Assembly: GCA_964016885.1 (NCBI GenBank) | Contig: OZ024740.1 | Coordinates: 238,018,001 to 238,082,000 of the forward strand | Origin: Eledone cirrhosa | Taxonomy: Eukaryota | Length of the DNA stretch: 64,000 bases | Direction of reading: 5' to 3' | In this document: positions 57,901 to 64,000 of the stretch, piece after piece | How positions within the stretch are numbered: position 1 is the stretch's first letter | Layout of the letters: each line of letters begins with the position of its first letter | The notes under the pieces: model-generated | The model's input: the letters and a program-made list of their open reading frames with translations, nothing else | What the model was told of the DNA's origin: nothing | The model's database searches: none | Translations under genes and position numbers: made by a program

Positions 57901-60754
57901 CATTGTCAACAATAGATGGTGGTACACTCTCAAGAAAGCAATTAGAGTAGAATCGATAGGGTTTAGCAGAGAGTTAGCCTTAGAGAAAAACAAAATAGAA
58001 AGAGAACTAGTAGCCAAGGTAGAGAAGGCACTTAGAAGTGGCGACGCGCTTAGAGTGTTAGCGTCGAGAACGGCACTAGACCAGTTCTTCGATGCGAAAC
58101 ACGAAGGCTGCATGTTCAGAAGCAAAACACGTGCTCTAGGAAACGAAGGAGCGAAACCTGTCAGCTGGGCTCGAGTGGCGGAGGCAACAAGTGGCAACAA
58201 GTCCACGATTCGATCTTTGAAAGACCAAAACGGACGCGTGCTACTTGACCCCAAGCAAATGTGCGCGGCCTTTCAGCAGCACATTGCGCGACTGTTTGAG
58301 CAGAACGACGGTGAGCCGAACGGGGCAATGGATTTTAGTTCATACCTCGTCAGCCTGCGGCGTCTCTCGAACACGGACGCCGAGTTCTGCGAAAGACTGA
58401 TCACAGACACTTAGATACGGGACGCTCTGGACCGCTGCGGGAAACGCAAGTCACCCGGTCTAGATGGTCTACCCTATGAGTTTTACATAGGCATGCCGGA
58501 CTTGTTCTCTGGCGTCCTTGAAGCCGTCTACTGCAATTAGCAGCAGAACGGGAGAATTCCCAGTTCTGCAGGCAAGGGCGTAGTAACGCCGATCAGGAAA
58601 GACGAGAACAAGGGGGACGAAATTAACAACTTCAGGCCCATAACTCTGCTCAACACAGAGTTAAAGATTTTGGCCAAGGTGCTAGCGACGAGGTTGGCGC
58701 TTGTCGTCGGGAACCTGGTAGGGAAAGCGCAAACGTATGCAATGCCAACCAGGTCCATACACGACAACCTCCACCTCATGCGATACATCATAGAGAGGGT
58801 GCATAGTAAACCCGGCTTCAGTGGGGCTCTGATCAATTTGGATCAGTCTAAGGCATTCGATAGGGTCGACTATCGATACTTGGAAGCGGTTCTCAAGGCG
58901 GCCGGTTTCGGTCCCGTTTTCAGGAGCTGGATCGAGCCGATGCACACCAGCATCTGCTCGAGAGTCAAGGTGAACGGCTACCTATCGGAGCCGTTCGCAA
59001 TCATGCGTTCCATTCGACAGGGGTGCCCTCTCTCCTACGTTCTGTATGTATTGACTCTAGAGCCACTACTGCGGAAATTGGAGCTGTTGCAGGGCATCCC
59101 TCTAGAACCGGGACTACACAAAGCGGCGTCGGCTTATTCCGATGACGTGACGGTAATGGCGTCGAGCACCTCGGAAATCGGGGTGATCGGCAACTTACTG
59201 AAAGAATACGAAACGCTGACGGGAGCAAAACTAAACCCGGAGAAGTCTGTCGGTTTGCAACTCGGTACGTGGAGAGGCAAACCGATGACATCCGACAACG
59301 TCGTTGGACGCTGGACGGACGGACCGGTGAAATTGCTCGGGGTCTGGTTCGGTCCAGACCTCCAGGTGGAGAAAAACTGGAACGAGGTCACGGCCAAGGT
59401 GTTTGCGCTCACCCAGAAGTGGGCAGAGTGCAAACTGTCCTTGAAAGGTCGAGCGGAGGTGGCGAACACTTTCATAGCGTGCGTCATCTACTACCGCTTG
59501 ACTGTCGTGCCTTGTTCCCGTGAACACCTCGCCAAGATGGAACGCATGCTCTTCCAGTTTCTGTGGAAGAAGCAGGCTCCGTTGGTGAGGAGATCCGTCT
59601 GCTGTCAGCACCCTTCCAACGGAGGGCTGGGAATGCCGTGGCTGATGATGCGCAAACATGCGCTGAGGCTGCGGCATCTCCAGGTATTCCTCACCGACCC
59701 CCAACCGGTGTGGGCACCGTTTGTGGGACAGGCTTTCCCGCAGCTTGTCTCGCTCATGGAGCTGCAGTCCTGGGTCATGAACAAACCAAAAACGATGGGC
59801 GCCTGGCACATTAAATACGCTCAGGCGCTCACAGTCCTCTGGGAAGCGGGCACAGCAATCAGTGGAGACTCCACTTCGACATTCTATAGAGGGATTGTAC
59901 GTTACAAGGGCGACGACGTGCTCAGAGAGACTCTGGGCGTCGAAGACGATGAGCTCACCAGTCTGTTTGGTAGGACTTTCCGCCCGGGACTTATGGACAA
60001 CTTCCAGAGGTTCCTGACCTGGCAGTGCTACCGAGGAGCTCTACCAGTTCGTGACAAGATCTACAGTCATGGACGCCCCGGCAGGGATCCTTCCAAGAGG
60101 ACGTGTCCAAGATGCGCGCAGGACATTGAAACCGTCCTGCACACAATTGTACACTGCCCGGGCGTAACCGACCTGTGGAACTATGCGGAACAACTGCTTT
60201 CGCGTATGGAACAAATCCAGTTGACTGCCGAGTCCATAGTAAGGATCAAACCGCCAACTTCTTTCAAAAACGAAAGAGAGGTGGTTTTCCTCTGTATAGT
60301 GGCTATGGTGAAAGAGGTTATATGGTGGATGAGATTGAGAGGACTGAGGTAAGATACCTTTCTCTCCGGACAACAACTCATTCCCTTCTTTAGGTACCAC
60401 TTTAGAAGCAGAATCAGAATGGAGAGAGAGGTACTGCACCCCAGTAAATTTACTAAAAGGTGGGCGAATGTGGCAAAAAGGGCCTGAGTGGTTGGGCCTT
60501 CTCTGTATATAAGCCTATAGGTTAAAGAAGAGAGCAAAAGGGAGAAAGGAGCACTTGCACAACACGCTCCTGAAGTTTAGGGTTGTTCTATCGACGGGGT
60601 ATTAAACAACCCATTTGTAACGCCTCTCCCCTATTGAGGATTTCGATTATTGCAATTGTTTGTTTTATATTTTTTACACGACTGTATGTAAAATCCCCGG
60701 CATGTCTTTGTTTTGTCCTCTTTTACTTGTGCGCCCTTGTCTCTAATAAAGAAA
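54928..60754 (+). mobile_element. Tx1/L1-clade LINE copy 3 (full length, multiple lesions)
   Basis: ORF1 from 55135; ORF2 pieces 57076-60520 with YSDD; AATAAAGAAA then (TCTA)n. Confidence 0.93.
55135..56895 (+). CDS. LINE ORF1 gag-like protein with CCHC zinc knuckle (disrupted near the C-terminus)
   Basis: 586 aa; SFAETV motif, CFRCGSTAHLKASC, Thr/Pro/Gln-rich linker; similar to ORF1 of copies 1 and 2. Confidence 0.85.
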   Translation: MSDSERTPKNVNREKRGRKADINVISASATMDVVMDTTVNKEKNILPLEHFKISTVEAEKNNTQHTQKNTENTEIKPIHIHTYGKANNNNSMDTSIDKVSPRQEIAISNTEADNNNNNNNNNTKKMSFAETVNKKQDFINLDISNARDMLQQGRKFVTFEDKGGFRINSPLEIKEEPVRRTVTFRTVSNTTRKPVFVSQGDIEATLKETLENIDFLQRGRQYGSISVLFKSEALAQKRSVTPMVSKAFTFFPTNMGKRTQKIKIKNIPPNINIWWILAGFVEPETDAILSIRKSIRQRWAGTDLEILMQMRPERISKIPEKVVIDDNNKINISVEWRKPHCFRCGSTAHLKASCPSQIHHNNIIKKTLLPTPTPKQPPPQVQQQTKRANTPKQTDTQPTTEKTQTTSLTNTTTPHPTPSNITTNAHTETPSPHNIPLPHTPDDDHSSTDEAASPSLSEEEESQIEKTKKRHRKTPKTPITSINTQPQTQTTTQTTPQPNLPYQQNKHQHHPNTKRKLTDEQQQTKTTQPKQKQQYKYINTNNKNLIEIISQDPKVETEGKTFVKSDTAPNIKLIRVPVETYQNLTN

Positions 60755-60790
60755 TCTATCTATCTATCTATACATCTATCTATCTCTCTA

Positions 60791-60863
<73 letters not shown>

Positions 60864-61012
60864 TTCTGTCTGCTTGCCGACCTACCTTTCTGTCTGCCTG
60901 CCCATCCGCCTTTCTGTCTGTCTATCTATCTATACATCTATCGATCTCTTAACCTACCTATTTACATATCTGTCTATCTTCCTACAAACTTTTCTACATA
61001 TTTATCTATCCA

Positions 61013-61084
<72 letters not shown>

Positions 61085-61089
<5 letters not shown>

Positions 61090-61290
61090 TAATATAGAAA
61101 TGGCTTCAACAGGACTAGAACTATTTCATTCAAAAGAAATCACCAGGAAAGCTGATGATTTCTTTTGGATGAAACAGTTCTAGTCTTGAAGAAGCCATTT
61201 GTATATTCAACTTCGTGTTCACACTCTACTACTATATTGAGTACCTTACTAACTGTCGTTACCCCTGATTGAACCCAAGACTCACATATA
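61085..61290. mobile_element. Fold-back PLE pLTR remnant with truncated hammerheads
   Basis: Inverted repeat around 61147; CTGATGA 61152-61158, GAAA 61171-61174, GTC 61183-61185; 5' strand of stem I lost. Confidence 0.6.
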
Positions 61291-61326
61291 TATGTCTCCC
61301 TCTCTCTCTCTCTTTCTATATATATC

Positions 61327-61408
<82 letters not shown>

Positions 61409-61503
61409 TGTATATACACTGCAATACACTGCATGCTTAGTTAAAAGCATTTCGAAGACCTTACGCTATTGTTTTAGAGTAGTGACAGTCTCACTTACTT
61501 TAA

Positions 61504-61597
61504 ATTTTCAGCAAACAGGGGAGATAAAGCTGACAGAGCTCTGTTTCGTACTTTTTGGTACTTATCAAAGCTAACTACTCCACCTGTTTGCTGAAAA
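61504..61597 (-). ncRNA. Type I hammerhead, U3-A8 variant, with long extended stem I
   Basis: Minus strand: agct-TTGATAA-gtac-caaaaa-gtac-GAAA-cagagctctg-TC-agct, enclosed by attttcagcaaacagg/cctgtttgctgaaaat. Confidence 0.87.
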
Positions 61598-61642
61598 TCA
61601 TGAATGTTTGATTCTTATAGAATTCTAGTAATAATCAGGAAC

Positions 61643-61857
61643 TGATTATACAGAGCAATTGCCGGTCAAGCAGAAATTGAAAATTAGAATTGGTGCTCTG
61701 AAATAGAGCACCAATTCTAATTTTCAATTTCTGCTTGAAATACACTAAATATACATTCATATATATATATATATACAATCATATATATATCGTTATTTCA
61801 GAGCACCAATTCTAATTTTCAATTTCTGCTTGACCGGCAACCGCTCTGTATAATCAC
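61643..61857. repeat. Nested inverted repeats (fold-back)
   Basis: Perfect ~33-bp-arm hairpin 61667-61737; 61795-61857 inverted to 61643-61705. Confidence 0.8.
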
Positions 61858-61880
61858 AACTCATGTGTCACACCTCTATT

Positions 61881-61920
<40 letters not shown>

Positions 61921-61922
<2 letters not shown>

Positions 61923-62492
61923 CTTGTGTATTTTAAAATCCCAGTATATCGCTTATTACTGTTATATGCTTGTCTAATTATGCCCAAAAGTCGAGGATTT
62001 TATTTAAAACCTTATCCTCGTTTTTCTAAAATAACAATCTCTCGTTTGTTTAATTTTGGCCGAAATTTTCCAGGATTCATAAAAATGGCCTCCCTCGTTC
62101 CTCTTAATCTCTAACCCCCCCCCCCCCCCCCTCTTTATCACAAACGTGCCTGCTTGCCTCTCTCGATCACTCCCTACTCGCACCAAATATAAATAAACCT
62201 GTTACGAGGTACGAATCTCAGAATTTGTCAACTCTTATTAATGGTCAGGCCACTTATACGAAATGTAAAAATACCATTTTCTTCTTGTCTCCCCATCCTT
62301 CGGTTCATTCATCCATATATCTGTATAATCGCCCAGAATCCAATCTTGCTTTCTCAATGCTATTCTATAATTCTGTCTGGTTGTTCTAAATAATCTTGTG
62401 TATTTTAGAATCCCAGTATATCGCTTATTACTGTTATATGCTTGTCGAATTATGCCCAAAAGTCGAGGATTTTATTTAAAACCTTATCCTCG
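61921..62492. repeat. Terminally redundant ~472-bp unit
   Basis: 61921-62020 recurs at 62393-62492; starts at a (TA)n tract. Confidence 0.8.
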
Positions 62493-62594
62493 CTAACTAC
62501 CCCATACCCCTCCCCACTCACCACCATTATTATTTGGACCAATCATAAGTCAGCGGCCTATGCTATCACTTCTCCTGGTTGATTTTCGATATGA

Positions 62595-64000
62595 TGGATG
62601 GACTAAGGAATTAGGTGTTGATGAATGGCTTGTGAGAGCTATACAAGCCATGTATAAAGAAACAGTCAGCAAGGTTAGAATTAACAACGAATATAGTGAA
62701 GAGTTTAGCATAAAGGTTGGTGTTCATCAGGGCTCCGTTCTTAGCCCCCTACTATTTATTATTGCCCTTCAGGCTATAACAGAGGAGTTCAAGACCGGCT
62801 GCCCATGGGAACTCTTATACGCAGATAATCTAACGCTCATAGCTGAATCAATGGCTGAACTAGAGAAGAAATTCCAAACATGGGAGCATGGCCTAGAATC
62901 AAAAGGCCTTCAAATTAACCTGTCTAAGACTAAAGTTCTAGTTTGTAGGAAGGAAAATAGGGCACCGGTCTCATCCGGGAAATGGCCATGCTCAGTGTGT
63001 AGGAAAGGAGTAGGCAGAAACTCCATTTTATGTCCCAAATGCAAAGTATGGGTGCATAAAAGATCACAGGTAAGCTAACTAAGAATATAGATTTTATATG
63101 TGGCCGGTGCTCTGGTGCAATAAGTAGCAGCAAGTGCCCACAGAATACTAGCTCATTCCATTGCACAGATGGTTCTATAGAAATAGTGGACACCTTCCGT
63201 TACTTGGGTGACAAAATCAGCAGTGGTGGAGGGTGCTCTGAAAGTACAGTAGCTAGAGTCAGAACTGGATGGAAAAAGTTCAGAGAGATTATACCACTAT
63301 TAGCCGCTAAAGGGTTCTCTCTAAAAATGAAAGGCAGGCTGTATGATGCCTGCATACGAACAGCAATGTTACATGGCAGTGAGACCTGGGCATTGTGTGC
63401 AGAGGATATACGCAGACTGGAGAGGAACGAAGCTTGCATGCTCCGCTTGATGTGTAATAGTAATATACGTGAACGGCAAAGCATAAACGAACTAAGGGAA
63501 AAATTAGGAATAAGAGGGATCAGATGTTGTTTACTCGAGAGAAGACTACGTTGGTACGGTCACGTGATGCGCATGAAAGACGACAGCTGTATAAAAAAAG
63601 TGCAGGGCAATAAAAATAGACGGTAGCCACGGAGTAGGCGGACCCAGAAAAACCTGGGACGACTTGATAAATTCCGACCTCATACACTTACACCTCTCCA
63701 AGACAATGTCACTGGACCGAGATCTTTGGTGCTACACAGTAATACAGAAGACCCGCCTTACCTAAGTACAAAGTGAAACCTACAGTCAGTAGGCACCTCT
63801 AACAAAAATACACCCATCCCACTACCCCCACCCCATCCACACCACCCCTTTCAATGTAAAGTTATGTTGGTACCACAACATCCAGTCCGAAACAAATGAT
63901 GTTGTGTAGGTCTCACGACAAAAAAACACACAGTCCACGCTATAATGTGGCCGTGTAGGTAACACGGTAAAAACCTCCCAGTCCACACTGTAAACGTGGT
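62595..64000 (+). mobile_element. RTE-clade LINE, 5'-truncated, with 3' UTR
   Basis: GVHQGSVLSPLLF, LLYADN, WPCSVCRKGVGRNSILCPKCKVWVHKR, FRYLGD, RRLRWYGHVMR. Confidence 0.9.

Overview
AT-rich animal genomic DNA, almost entirely transposons and microsatellites, with no confidently identifiable host gene. The repeat content (MetaSINE-like tRNA SINEs, RTE LINEs, very long (TA)n tracts) suggests an octopod cephalopod; this is inference. Contents: (1) at least six Penelope-like retroelement (PLE) insertions, one with an unbroken 1138-aa RT+GIY-YIG ORF, several with inverted pseudo-LTRs; (2) about 35 type I hammerhead-ribozyme (HHR)-like motifs read by eye, some degenerate, including U3-A8, U4C and U4A core variants; (3) four families of short non-coding HHR-bearing units (483, 477, 535 and ~420 bp) inserted in (TA)n as tandem, circularly permuted or fold-back copies, the best candidate for an undescribed retrozyme-like circular-RNA system using PLE enzymes; (4) a young non-autonomous LTR element with a tRNA-Trp-type PBS; (5) three head-to-tail Tx1/L1-clade LINEs in a (TATC)n tract, with splice-site-like signals bracketing ORF2; (6) decayed RTE LINEs, SINEs, Helitron-like fragments and fold-backs. 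All structures and coordinates were derived manually; no folding, alignment or database search was run.
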